This document shows positions 8,513 through 18,619 of a stretch of 64,000 nt of DNA, piece by piece. Position 1 is the stretch's first letter. The number at the start of each line of letters is the position of its first letter. This stretch comes from Bacillota bacterium (GTDB taxonomy: Bacteria; Bacillota; SHA-98; UBA4971): contig JBLNDE010000064.1 in NCBI GenBank assembly GCA_050261335.1, forward strand, positions 74,165 to 138,164. Direction: 5' to 3'. The position numbers and the translations under genes were made by a program. The notes beneath the pieces were generated by a model. The model saw only the letters and a list, made by a program, of their open reading frames with translations, did not search any database and was not told the DNA's origin.

Positions 8513-8875
8513 ATGAGGGACACGCGAGACCTGGAACGCACGATCACGAAGAGAGCGGCAATCCTAGCCATCTTGGCCGCACCGCTCCTGACTGCGGCCG
8601 GGCTTCCGCGCATGGCTCTGGGCGGCCTCGCCGGGACAGCCTTCGGCCTCGCCAGCTTCCACCTTCTGGGCGCCGCCATCACGGCGGCCGTGGCGGCCGG
8701 GCCTGTGCGAGCGTCGGCCCAGGTGATGTTCAAGTACCTCGCAAGGTACGCCCTGATGGCGCTCGTTTTGTACGGCGCGCTACGGCTGGACACCGGGATC
8801 TTCCTGGGGACGGCGGCGGGGATGGTCGTGGTGAGGTTCGTCATTCTGTTGACGGGCATCTTTGGGCCACTCTGA
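8513..8875 (+). CDS. atpI: ATP synthase protein I (AtpI/AtpZ-like small hydrophobic protein)
   Basis: Small 4-TM hydrophobic protein directly upstream of atpB; typical operon position. Confidence 0.7.
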   Translation: MRDTRDLERTITKRAAILAILAAPLLTAAGLPRMALGGLAGTAFGLASFHLLGAAITAAVAAGPVRASAQVMFKYLARYALMALVLYGALRLDTGIFLGTAAGMVVVRFVILLTGIFGPL

Positions 8876-8978
8876 GCGGGCCGCCACGAAGGCCGCGCCA
8901 CCGCGATGCGCCGGCACATCAGGCCGCGTGCGCGCCCACCCTGACAAGCTGCATCGGGAGACAAGGAGACGCAACACG

Positions 8979-9638
8979 GTGCCGTTCTTCGCAAGAACCT
9001 ATCAACTGTTTGGCTACGAGATCCCGGAGACCCTGGTGACGACCTGGGCGATCATGGCCGCGCTCATCATTGCCTCCTCCATCGCAGTTCGGGTCATGCT
9101 GTCCCACCCGGCTCAACATCCGCCGTCCGGAAAGCGGGTCATCCCTGAGCTCGTGTACGAGGCCATTCAATGGCTCGTCGATGGAACCATGGGCAGGGAG
9201 CACAGGGGGTTCATACCGTACGTCGGCACGCTTGCTCTCTTCCTCGTCGTTGCAAACCTCGTGGGGCTCATCGGCGTCACGCCACCTACTGCGGATCTCA
9301 ACACGACCCTTGCCCTTGCTACCATCACGTTCGTGAACATCCAGTACTACTCGATACGGCGAAAGGGAATCGCAGCGTACCTCAAAGGCTTCTTCGAGCC
9401 AGTGGCGTTCCTGGCCCCTTTGAACGTAATAAGCGAGATCGCCCTGCCATTCTCAATGGCGTTTCGCCTCTTCGGCAACATGCTCGGCGGGGCCATCATC
9501 ATGGGGCTTCTGTACTCGGTACTGCCGGTCCTCGTACCCGTCGTGCCCCACATGTACTTCGACATCTTCGCGGGGATCATCCAGACGTTCATCTTCGTGA
9601 TGCTTACGATGACATTCATTGCAAGGGCGATGGACTGA
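8979..9638 (+). CDS. atpB: F0F1 ATP synthase subunit a
   Basis: ...LAPLNVISEIALPFSMAFRLFGNMLGGAIIMGLL... conserved a-subunit R-containing helix; GTG start with AAGGAGAC RBS. Confidence 0.9.
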   Translation: MPFFARTYQLFGYEIPETLVTTWAIMAALIIASSIAVRVMLSHPAQHPPSGKRVIPELVYEAIQWLVDGTMGREHRGFIPYVGTLALFLVVANLVGLIGVTPPTADLNTTLALATITFVNIQYYSIRRKGIAAYLKGFFEPVAFLAPLNVISEIALPFSMAFRLFGNMLGGAIIMGLLYSVLPVLVPVVPHMYFDIFAGIIQTFIFVMLTMTFIARAMD

Positions 9639-10235
<597 letters not shown>

Positions 10236-10296
10236 TAGTGGCCAGCGCGAGACCGCCTGTTACGGTCGGCCTGGCGCTTGGGTCGACGCGCGGGAA

Positions 10297-10316
10297 AACC
10301 ATGGGGAGCCTTCCGG
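10297..10316. terminator. Perfect 8-bp hairpin GGGGAGCC-ttcc-GGCTCCCC in convergent intergenic region after atpE1 (possible bidirectional terminator)
   Basis: Stem visible in sequence; weak U tract only on minus strand (atggtttt). Confidence 0.3.
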
Positions 10317-10517
10317 CTCCCCCGAAATGGAACAGCTCTTGCAGACGGGTCTCGCGGCGAAAGCCAGCATTCAAAAGGCGGTCAACTATGCCAGCCCCCA
10401 CCCCGGGACAGGTTCACCGGGAGGGAGATGGTCCGCCGCAAGCGTGACCCCCACCGGCATTTGGCCGCCGGTAAGCGTGGCCCGCCGTCGGACCGGCGCG
10501 AACAGATAGCTCGGGTC

Positions 10518-11771
10518 TTAGCCTTCCTGGCCCTTTCCGGCCTCTCTCGGCAGGAGCTGGTTCAGGATGATGCCAATGATGGCAGCAAGGCCGATCCCAC
10601 CGAACTGCAGGTTCCCCCAGATCCTTATCATCGCGCCGCCGATGCCGATCACCAGCATGACGCTGGCGATGAGCAGGTTCCTCGACTGCTTCATGTCGAC
10701 CTGGTTCTCCACGACGGTCCTCACGCCGATCGCGGCGATCATTCCGAAGAGCACGATTGAGATGCCGCCGATCACCGGCTCCGGTATGGTCCTTATCGCT
10801 GCGCCAAGCTTGCCGATGAATGCAAGCAGGATGGCGAGCACTGCTGCCACCCTCATCACCTCGGGCTTCCATACCCTGGTCAGAGCGAGCACCCCGGTGT
10901 TCTCAGAGTAGGTGGTATTGGCAGGGCCGCCGAACAGGCCGGCGAGGGACGTCCCTATGCCGTCTCCGATAAGCGTCCGGTGCAATCCCGGATCCTTGAC
11001 GAAGTCGTCCTCGACCGTGGCCCCGACGGCCAGCACATCCCCAACGTGCTCCACCATGGTGGCTACTGCCACCGGGGCTATGAGCCCAATGGCCGCCGCG
11101 TCAAATACCGGCCATGTGAAGCGAGGCATCCCGACCCACGCCGCCTGGACCACGGGCGCCGTGTCCACAATGCCCCATATCAGGCTGACGATGTACCCCA
11201 CGACTATCCCGGATATGACCGGCAGTAGCCGCAGGAACCCCTTCACGTAAAGGTTCACGACAGCGACGGTCGCCAGTACTATGAGCGCGATTATCCAGTT
11301 CTTGCTCGCGCTCCCGATGGCGACCGGCGCGAGGTTGAGCCCTATGACCATGATGATCGGCCCCGTGACAACCGGTGGGAGCAGGGATTCCATGAATCTC
11401 GGACCTGCAAAGTATATGATCACTGCGAGGACACAGTAGAGCAGACCTGCCACAATGATCCCGCCCTGAGCCGCAGGGATCCCCATCTCCTTGATCACAA
11501 GCGCGACAGGAGCGATGAAAGCAAACGACGACCCGAGGAATATCGGGACCCTCCGTTTTGTCACCAGATGGAACCACAGGGTCCCTATGCCCGCCGTGAA
11601 GAGCGCGACGCTCACGTCAAGCCCTGTGAGCAGCGGCACCAGGACCGTCGCGCCGAACATGGTGAACGTGTGCTGAATGCCCAGAACTAGAAGCTGAGGA
11701 AAAGGCAGGGGGTCTCCGGGCCTTATGGGCCCTCTGACTTTCGCCTTCACAATCGGCTGGGTGCTTGCCAC
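10518..11771 (-). CDS. Nucleobase:cation symporter-2 family permease (uracil/xanthine permease)
   Basis: 12-TM NCS2 signature (…GIQHTFTMFGATVLVPLLTG…, …TTYSENTGVLALTRV…); GTG start with GGGAGGAG RBS. Confidence 0.85.
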   Translation of the reverse strand: MASTQPIVKAKVRGPIRPGDPLPFPQLLVLGIQHTFTMFGATVLVPLLTGLDVSVALFTAGIGTLWFHLVTKRRVPIFLGSSFAFIAPVALVIKEMGIPAAQGGIIVAGLLYCVLAVIIYFAGPRFMESLLPPVVTGPIIMVIGLNLAPVAIGSASKNWIIALIVLATVAVVNLYVKGFLRLLPVISGIVVGYIVSLIWGIVDTAPVVQAAWVGMPRFTWPVFDAAAIGLIAPVAVATMVEHVGDVLAVGATVEDDFVKDPGLHRTLIGDGIGTSLAGLFGGPANTTYSENTGVLALTRVWKPEVMRVAAVLAILLAFIGKLGAAIRTIPEPVIGGISIVLFGMIAAIGVRTVVENQVDMKQSRNLLIASVMLVIGIGGAMIRIWGNLQFGGIGLAAIIGIILNQLLPREAGKGQEG

Positions 11772-12140
11772 GGATCTCTCCTCCCTTCAGACCTGCTGTC
11801 CGCTACGGTTGAGCCTTCCCGCAACCAGAGCCGGGAGGCGAGGCCTCCGACATCTTCGATTGGGGCGTCCTGCGGCCCCTCCCGCGCACTCGCCGTCCCT
11901 TGTGGTAGGCTGTACGGACTAGGACCTTGGCGACATTCGTCTCCGGTTGCAGGTAAGTCGCTCCAGCCCCAGTGGGGCGGCTCCGCAGTTCTTGCGACTC
12001 ATTGACGCCCGATGCCGCCTTCAGGGGCGGCCACGTCGTCGCCCGACCTCGCGGCCCGCGCATCGGGCCAGTGCCTTCGGACCCGCCTCATCCCCCGCCC
12101 TGAACTGCGGGGCGTACGCCGGCCGTGCTCTGGTCAACGT

Positions 12141-14477
12141 TTACTTCTGCTTCAGGGCCCAGCGAACACTCTCCGACGTCATGGGAAGACGCTTGACCCG
12201 GACGCCCGCGGCATGGAATAGTGCGTTGGCGATGGCAGGCGGCGTCGGCACCATGACATGCTCCCCGATACCCCTCGCTCCGTACGGCCCATCCTCCTGG
12301 GGAACCTCGACAAAGCTCACCAGCATCTCGGGGATCTCTGCTGCTGTTGCTATCTTGTAGTCAACGTACGAAGGATTCAGCAGCCTGCCCCTTTCGTCGA
12401 ACTTCATCTCCTCAAAGAGCCCAATGCTTAACCCCTGCACAACACCTCCTTCGACCTGAGCGGCGGCCGTTACAGGGTTGATGACGCGCCCAGCATCATA
12501 CGCAGCGGCCACCTTCGTGACTTCGATCTTGCCTAGCTCGAGGTCCAGCTCGATCTCGACGGCCTGGGCCCCGTAGGTCCAGTTCGCGACGGGTTTGGGA
12601 CTCTGCCCTGTTTCGGCATCCATGGCGACAATTCCTTCCGGTATGAACTTGCCTCGTCCAACAATTGGGCCGCCGTAGCCGCTGAAATCCGGAAGCGTTG
12701 CACCAAGGGCAAGCGTAGCAACGGGGACGCGCCTCGAGGGATCGCCCTTCACGAACACTCGGCCGTCCGCGACGTCCACGTCGTCGGCGGGCACGCCGAA
12801 ATACCTGGACGCGTGGTCGCAGAGCTGCCTCTTTGCATCCCTGGCGGCTTCCATCACAGCGCGACCGCACGAGTATGTGATGCGGCTTGCCACGGTCTGC
12901 CACTCGTACGCGCCGTGGTCCGTGTCCACGGGGTATATCCTGATGTCTTCGTACCGGACGCCGAGCTCCTCTGCGCAGATCTGCGATAGCACCGTGAAGG
13001 CGCCCTGACCCAGCTCCTGCGCGGATATGTTCAGCACGACGGTGCCGTCGTCGTTGAGCTTCACGATGGCGGTGGACGCTGCGTCGTTCGGCATGGCCGG
13101 GGCCTTGGTCATGCACGCGATCCCCTTTGCCCGCACCTTCCTCACGCCGGGCTCTATCTTCCCTGGCCCCGTCACCTTCGTCCAGCCTATGAGCCTCGCG
13201 GCCTCCTCGAGGCATTTGCCGATGCCCACGTTGTGGAGGACCTGGCCGGTGGCGTTGGTGGATCCCTCGCGCTGCAGGTTGATCATTCGGAACTCCACGG
13301 GGTCCATGCCCAGCCTGTGCGCGATCTGGTCCATGTGCTGCTCTATGGCCCAGTGGTTCTCGCCGTGGCCGAAGCCACGCAAAGGACCGCCGACAGGCTT
13401 GTTCGTATACACGCAGTAAGAGTCCGTCTTCATGTTGGGGATGTCGTACACCCCGGCGGAGCTGTAGCCTGCGGCCCTCGTCACGTTGACCCCGTACTCA
13501 GTGTAGGCCCCGCCGTCCCAGTACATCTCGAACTCCTGTGCGGTTATCCTGCCGTTTCGTTTCACGCCGGTTTTCAGGCGACACCACATCCCCTGGCGAA
13601 CGAAGGTGTCTCTGAACTCCTCTTCCCGTGTGCAAACCAGCTTCACCGGGTGGCCGACAGCTTTCATGGCCAGAGGAACCAGGGTCGCCTCAACGTTGAG
13701 CCCAGCCTTGCCGCCGAACCCGCCGCCCACATAAGGGCCGATGACGCGTATCCGGTTCATTGGCCACCTGAGGCTCTGGCTCAGGATCTTTCTCATCGCA
13801 AAGGGTGACTGGGAGCTTGCCCAGATGGTGAGCTTGCCCTCGCGGTCATAGAGGGCGATCGCGGCGTGGGGCTCGAGCGGCGAGTGCTGGATGTGCGGCA
13901 CGTAGTAGGTGTCCTCCACGATGAGGTCCGCCTCAGCGAACCCCTTCTCCACGTCGCCCTTTCGGATCTTGAAGTGATTGCTGATGTTAGTGTGAGGCAC
14001 AGGGAATATGGCCGGGACGTGTTCATATTCATGAAGCTCTGGATGGACCAGAGGCGACCCGGGCTTTATGGCCTCCAGCAGGTCGAGGACTGGCGGCAGC
14101 TCCTCGTATTCGACCTCGATGAGACCGAGGGCTTCCTCCGCCACCTCGGGCGAGACGGCTGCCACGCCTGCGACGGGTTCGCCGTAGTAGCGCACCTTCT
14201 CGACGGCGTACGGAGTGCGGTCCACGAGGTACAGGCCCATCCGGTACGGAAAGTCCGTGCCCGTCACGACGGCCTTCACTCCCGGCAGCTTCCGGGCTTT
14301 CGATGCGTCCATGCGCACCAGGCGGGCGTGGGCGTACTTGCCCCGGAGAAGCTTCACGTACAGCATCCGGTCGAACTTGAGGTCGCCCGCGTATCTTGCA
14401 GCCCCGGTGACCTTCTCGAGAGCGTCGCTGCGTACCACCGCGGTTCCTATGTAGGTCGTCTTCTCTGCCACCCTCAT
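12141..14477 (-). CDS. Xanthine dehydrogenase/aldehyde oxidase family molybdopterin-binding large subunit
   Basis: 778 aa; N-terminal a/b-hammerhead (…TGAARYAGDLKFDRMLYVKLLR…), MoCo-binding domains. Confidence 0.85.
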   Translation of the reverse strand: MRVAEKTTYIGTAVVRSDALEKVTGAARYAGDLKFDRMLYVKLLRGKYAHARLVRMDASKARKLPGVKAVVTGTDFPYRMGLYLVDRTPYAVEKVRYYGEPVAGVAAVSPEVAEEALGLIEVEYEELPPVLDLLEAIKPGSPLVHPELHEYEHVPAIFPVPHTNISNHFKIRKGDVEKGFAEADLIVEDTYYVPHIQHSPLEPHAAIALYDREGKLTIWASSQSPFAMRKILSQSLRWPMNRIRVIGPYVGGGFGGKAGLNVEATLVPLAMKAVGHPVKLVCTREEEFRDTFVRQGMWCRLKTGVKRNGRITAQEFEMYWDGGAYTEYGVNVTRAAGYSSAGVYDIPNMKTDSYCVYTNKPVGGPLRGFGHGENHWAIEQHMDQIAHRLGMDPVEFRMINLQREGSTNATGQVLHNVGIGKCLEEAARLIGWTKVTGPGKIEPGVRKVRAKGIACMTKAPAMPNDAASTAIVKLNDDGTVVLNISAQELGQGAFTVLSQICAEELGVRYEDIRIYPVDTDHGAYEWQTVASRITYSCGRAVMEAARDAKRQLCDHASRYFGVPADDVDVADGRVFVKGDPSRRVPVATLALGATLPDFSGYGGPIVGRGKFIPEGIVAMDAETGQSPKPVANWTYGAQAVEIELDLELGKIEVTKVAAAYDAGRVINPVTAAAQVEGGVVQGLSIGLFEEMKFDERGRLLNPSYVDYKIATAAEIPEMLVSFVEVPQEDGPYGARGIGEHVMVPTPPAIANALFHAAGVRVKRLPMTSESVRWALKQK

Positions 14478-15025
14478 TCACCTCCCGCCCTTGACACTTC
14501 GGCAGCCGGCGCGTGCCCCGCCGCCTGACCAGCCGGGGCCGCCCCGGCCGCGTCGGCCGCCTGGGCCGCCTGGGCCGCCTGCATGATGGCGTCCACGATG
14601 CGGGCATAACCCGTGCACCGGCACAGATTGCCGCTTATGGCCTCGACGACCTCGTCGCGCGTCGGATTGGGGTTACGTATCAGCAGCGATTTGGCGGACA
14701 TGACCATCCCGGGTATGCAATACCCGCACTGCAGGGCCGAATTCTGGACGAAGGCCTCCTGCACCGCGTCGAGGTCTTTCGCGTCGCCAAGGCCCTCAAC
14801 CGTGAGCACCTCCGCACCATCAGCCTCCACCGCAAGCATCAGGCACGAATTGAGGGGCTCGCCGTTCACCAGCACCGTGCAGGCACCGCACTCACCGCCG
14901 CCGCATCCCTCCTTGGCGCCGATGAGGTCGAGGTCCTCGCGAAGGAAGTCCAGCAACCTCCTGTGAGAGGGCACGCAGGCTTCGACCCATTCGCCGTTGA
15001 CCCTGACGCGTATGTTGTGAAGCAT
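14474..15025 (-). CDS. Xanthine dehydrogenase-family [2Fe-2S] small subunit
   Basis: CGGGECGACTV and CGYCIPGM / CRCTGY cysteine motifs; ATGA-type overlap with large subunit. Confidence 0.9.
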   Translation of the reverse strand: MLHNIRVRVNGEWVEACVPSHRRLLDFLREDLDLIGAKEGCGGGECGACTVLVNGEPLNSCLMLAVEADGAEVLTVEGLGDAKDLDAVQEAFVQNSALQCGYCIPGMVMSAKSLLIRNPNPTRDEVVEAISGNLCRCTGYARIVDAIMQAAQAAQAADAAGAAPAGQAAGHAPAAEVSRAGGE

Positions 15026-15046
15026 GGCCTATCCTCCCCCTCTCTT

Positions 15047-15910
15047 CTACCTGCCGCCCGCGGCGAGGCCCGCAAGCGCCTGCTCGATGGCCCGCGCTGC
15101 CAGCACCTCCGTCATCTCGAGCCGGTACTCCTTGCTTGCACGGATGTCACTGATGGGCGCCGCGCGGCGCCTTGCCGTCGCGGCCGCTTCCCTGATGGCA
15201 CCCTCGTCCTTGCGGCTTCGCACGATGGCCTCCGCCTCCTTCACCCTTATCGGCGTCGGAGCGACCGCGCCAAGGGCGATGCGCACCTCTCCGCCTTCCA
15301 GCGCCAGGACTGCGACGCTCGCAATCGCAAGGTCGACCGCGCTCGTCCTTCCGAGCTTCAGGTACACCCCGTAGGACCGCTCCTTGAGGACAGGGAGCCT
15401 TATCTGGAACACGAACTCACCCTCAGCGAGCGCGGCGGTCCCAGGGCCCCTGAAGAACTCGCCAACCGGGATCTCCCTTGGGCCGGACGGTCCCCACGTC
15501 ACGATCTCCGCTTCATAGAGCAACAGGGCGGGAGCAGTGTCAGCAGCCGGTGATGCGTTGCTGATGTTCCCGCCCAGAGAGGCACGGTTACGAATCTGCA
15601 GGGAGCCGACGGTGTGCGCCGCCTCCGCAAGAAGGCAGTACTTCGAGCGCACCGCTCCATCCGTTATCAGGCGGTTTAGAGGAGTGGCCGCTCCGATCAC
15701 AAGGCCTTCGCTGTCGCAGCAGCCGATGGCCTGCATGCCATCGATCCCCTTAAGGTCGATAACCACCCGGGGCCTGAGTTGCCTGTCGTGCATACGCACC
15801 AGGAGGTCGGTGCCTCCGGCCAGGAACTTGCCATCGGCTCCGGCCCGACAAGCCAGGTCCACCGCCTCTTCTCTGCTTCGCGCCCGGACGTAGTCGAAAG
15901 GTAGCAGCAT
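15047..15910 (-). CDS. Xanthine dehydrogenase-family FAD-binding medium subunit (CoxM/XdhB-like)
   Basis: …FLAGGTDLLV…SLGGNISNASPAADTAPALL… FAD-binding PCMH fold. Confidence 0.85.
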   Translation of the reverse strand: MLLPFDYVRARSREEAVDLACRAGADGKFLAGGTDLLVRMHDRQLRPRVVIDLKGIDGMQAIGCCDSEGLVIGAATPLNRLITDGAVRSKYCLLAEAAHTVGSLQIRNRASLGGNISNASPAADTAPALLLYEAEIVTWGPSGPREIPVGEFFRGPGTAALAEGEFVFQIRLPVLKERSYGVYLKLGRTSAVDLAIASVAVLALEGGEVRIALGAVAPTPIRVKEAEAIVRSRKDEGAIREAAATARRRAAPISDIRASKEYRLEMTEVLAARAIEQALAGLAAGGR

Positions 15911-16094
15911 CTTCCGCCCTCCTTCCTCCGTACTGGTTGCGCGACTTTATGCTCGTTGTGTGTCTACTTATGCATCACGCTCACGACTTCGCTATTTTCT
16001 GGCAGGAACCCTTCGTGACGGTCAACAAAACGCCAGAGACTGAAGTAGATACCTGTCACAACCCGACCACGGTACAGCTGGGAGCCTCTGGCCC

Positions 16095-16889
16095 TCACGC
16101 TTCCTTCTCATCGAACGCCACGATACGACAGATGGACGACTCCCCGCCCACGAACCTCCACGGGAAGCAACCGATGACAAGCCTCCTGTTGAGGATCTCG
16201 TCGATGTCGCCCCCGACGTTCTCGGCATGGATTATGTCGTAGGGGAACAGCGCGGTGTGCATGACCTGGTAATCCTCGGGCCGGAAGAAGTCGTCGAGGC
16301 CCTTGCCGTATCTCTTCCTGAGGTGCTCGTCGGCCTCCCTTGCCTGCACCGGCATCCACTCGCGGATCTTCGTGTTCATCGGGTGATCGGCTGACCCGCA
16401 GTCCACCGCGAGCCACTTCAGCCTCATCTTCCTGCACCAGTCCGCGAACTCCCGCGCAGGGCCTGGGTGCTTGATCATGTACCGCACTTCGTCTGCCTCA
16501 GGTTGATCCCATGCGTAGTGATGGTAGCCCGTGTGGATGACCAGGATATCCCCCTCGCGCACCTCCACGCGCTCGGTGATGTCCAGCGACGTGTAGATCC
16601 CGTAGTCCTCGGCGATGTCGCTCAAGTCCACGACGACGCCGGGGCCCACGAGGTACTCAAGGGGCAGGCTCGCTATGTCTTTGCCATGAGTGCAGAAATG
16701 CAGCGGCCCGTCGAGATGGGTCCCAACGTGGTTCGACGTCGTGATGAGCTGGCCGTTGGCACCGTTGGGGCTGAGCCGCTTGAAGAACTTCATCTGAAGC
16801 GGCTCGTAGGTCGGCCAGGGCGGCGTGAGATGACTCAGCGGCTGTGTCAGATCGTACATCTGCACCTTATCCCAGAACGACAACACCAC
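16095..16889 (-). CDS. Putative cyclase-family protein (arylformamidase/kynurenine formamidase-like)
   Basis: HxGTHxDxPxH motif (SNHVGTHLDGPLHF). Confidence 0.75.
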   Translation of the reverse strand: MVLSFWDKVQMYDLTQPLSHLTPPWPTYEPLQMKFFKRLSPNGANGQLITTSNHVGTHLDGPLHFCTHGKDIASLPLEYLVGPGVVVDLSDIAEDYGIYTSLDITERVEVREGDILVIHTGYHHYAWDQPEADEVRYMIKHPGPAREFADWCRKMRLKWLAVDCGSADHPMNTKIREWMPVQAREADEHLRKRYGKGLDDFFRPEDYQVMHTALFPYDIIHAENVGGDIDEILNRRLVIGCFPWRFVGGESSICRIVAFDEKEA

Positions 16890-16904
16890 AAAACCCCTCC
16901 TTAC

Positions 16905-17122
16905 ATGCTGAAGTCTAGGTAGATCGCCACAAGTTCGCGCTGCTTTTCAGCGGGTTAGTCCTGTCCAGGGTTGCCGGTGTTGCCCTCCGGGGACGGCGCG
17001 CTTGCCACGCGCCTCGTTCGAATTTGGCGCGCGGGCTAGCCAAATTCTCGACGCCCCGTCGTGCAACCACCGGCAACCCCAACACCGTCAGGGAAGATGG
17101 CGCAAACTTATGGCGCCATACT
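16905..17122. mobile_element. MITE-like dispersed repeat, variant A (reference copy)
   Basis: ctaggtagatcgccacaagttcgcgctgcttttcagcgg…ccagggttgccggtgttgcc…cgcctcgttcgaatttggcgc…ctagccaaattc…caccggcaacccc…gatggcgcaaacttatggcgccatact; TIR AGATCGCCACAAGTT / AACTTATGGCGCCAT. Confidence 0.85.
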
Positions 17123-17135
17123 TGAATGCTGCGGC

Positions 17136-18547
17136 TCACGCATATCTCTCGGCAAAGGCCAGAAGCGCTTTCTCGAAACATTCCCATGGCGGGGTCACGA
17201 GCCCCGCGCCGACCTGTCCTATCCCGGGGTCCTTGTGGGCGACGCCCGTGTTTATCTGCGGCAGAATTCCGGTCTCCACCACCTTTCGAAGATCGATTCC
17301 GGTGGGCGTCCCGCGAAAGCCCAGGACCGGTATGCTGAAGAACCTGTTCTCCGTCATGGTGATGCGGTACATCTTCCTGGAGAAACCGAGGGCATCGTCA
17401 GGCGTGCCGCCGACGAACTGCACGATTGGAATGGCGGCCGCCATGGCGAACCCGCCCAGCCCCGCCGTCTCGGTTATCGAGGAGTCGCCGATGTCCGGGT
17501 TCGCGTCCTCGTCACGGAAGCCTGGGAAATAGAGGCCCTTCACCTTCTCGGCCGGGCCAACGAACCACTCGCCTCCAAGCCCGCTCACCTTGATACCGAA
17601 ATCCGTGCCGTTCCTGCTCATGACGGTGACCATGGTGCTCTTCGGCACCCCGTGGGCCGCCTCCAGCATGGCTTTGGCGGCCGGCATGGAGAGGTTGAGG
17701 AAGAAGTGATCGTTGCCGTTCATAAACTCGAGGACGCGACGGATGTCGGCAAGGGGGAAGCCCGTGTCGAGCAGGTATGGCGCTACGGTGCGGATGAAGA
17801 GCGAGGTCGCGGCCCTGTTGCGGTTGTGCACCTCGTCCCCCATGTGCAGGGCCTGGGCGATTATGGACTTGAGGTCGATGCCCCCGGAAAGCTCAATAGC
17901 GTTGGCAAGGACAGGCGCGAGGACGTCAGCCATCCACCTCAGCCTGTCGAGAACCTCGCTGCTATACGCCCCATACCGCAGGACCTTTCCCAGACCCTCG
18001 TTGAGAGTGCAGTACGACCTGTTTCCGGCGGTCCTGTTCTCGATGATGAACACAGGCATGGATGGGGAGACGACGCCCGCCATCGGGCCGACGGCGGAGT
18101 GCTCATGGCACGGGGAGAACTCCACGTCTCCCTCGACCGCGATTCCCTCCGCGTCCTCCGGCGATGCGGCCCAGCCTTCGTAGACGATCGCCCCGACGAT
18201 CGCCCCCTTCAGGGGACCTGACATTCTGTCCCACGTGATGGGTGGGCCCGCATGAAGGAGCATCTTTCCGCCGAAGCCCGGGATGACGTCGCGAGCCCTT
18301 CCGACGCCGACGAGGACCGGCTGCGCGGAGCTGTACCTCTCGAGCGCGAGGCGGTTGGCCTCCTCGATGTCCTCTCTGCCCGCCAGGACATCCAGGATCT
18401 CGATGAGCTCGAGCTTGCCGCGGGCGGGCGGTTCCCACAGGACTTCGTACACGCTTGCACCCTGATCGCGCATGGACCTGGCAAACACGCCGCTGCCCAG
18501 GTTGACGATCGCCCCGGTGGGAGGCCAGTTCTTCACCATCGCCATGC
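17136..18547 (-). CDS. DUF1116-family protein (YlbE/AllG-like, oxamate carbamoyltransferase subunit)
   Basis: ~470 aa after start correction to MAMVKNWPPTG (GGAGGG RBS); clustered with FdrA and DUF2877 as in E. coli allFGH. Confidence 0.7.
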
Positions 18548-18619
18548 TCTCATCCCTCCTCGCCCACGAGCCGGCACGAACACCTTGGCTCGCCCCCGCG
18601 TTTTCGAGAAATCGGCACA

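Noticed and set aside
11772-12140. Purine (guanine/xanthine) riboswitch or PyrR attenuator upstream of the NCS2 permease
   Set aside because: The hallmark CCGUAAAUGUCCGACUA / UAUA…GGAUAUGG elements and the PyrR binding-loop motif are not present on the relevant strand. Only generic GC-rich hairpins were seen.
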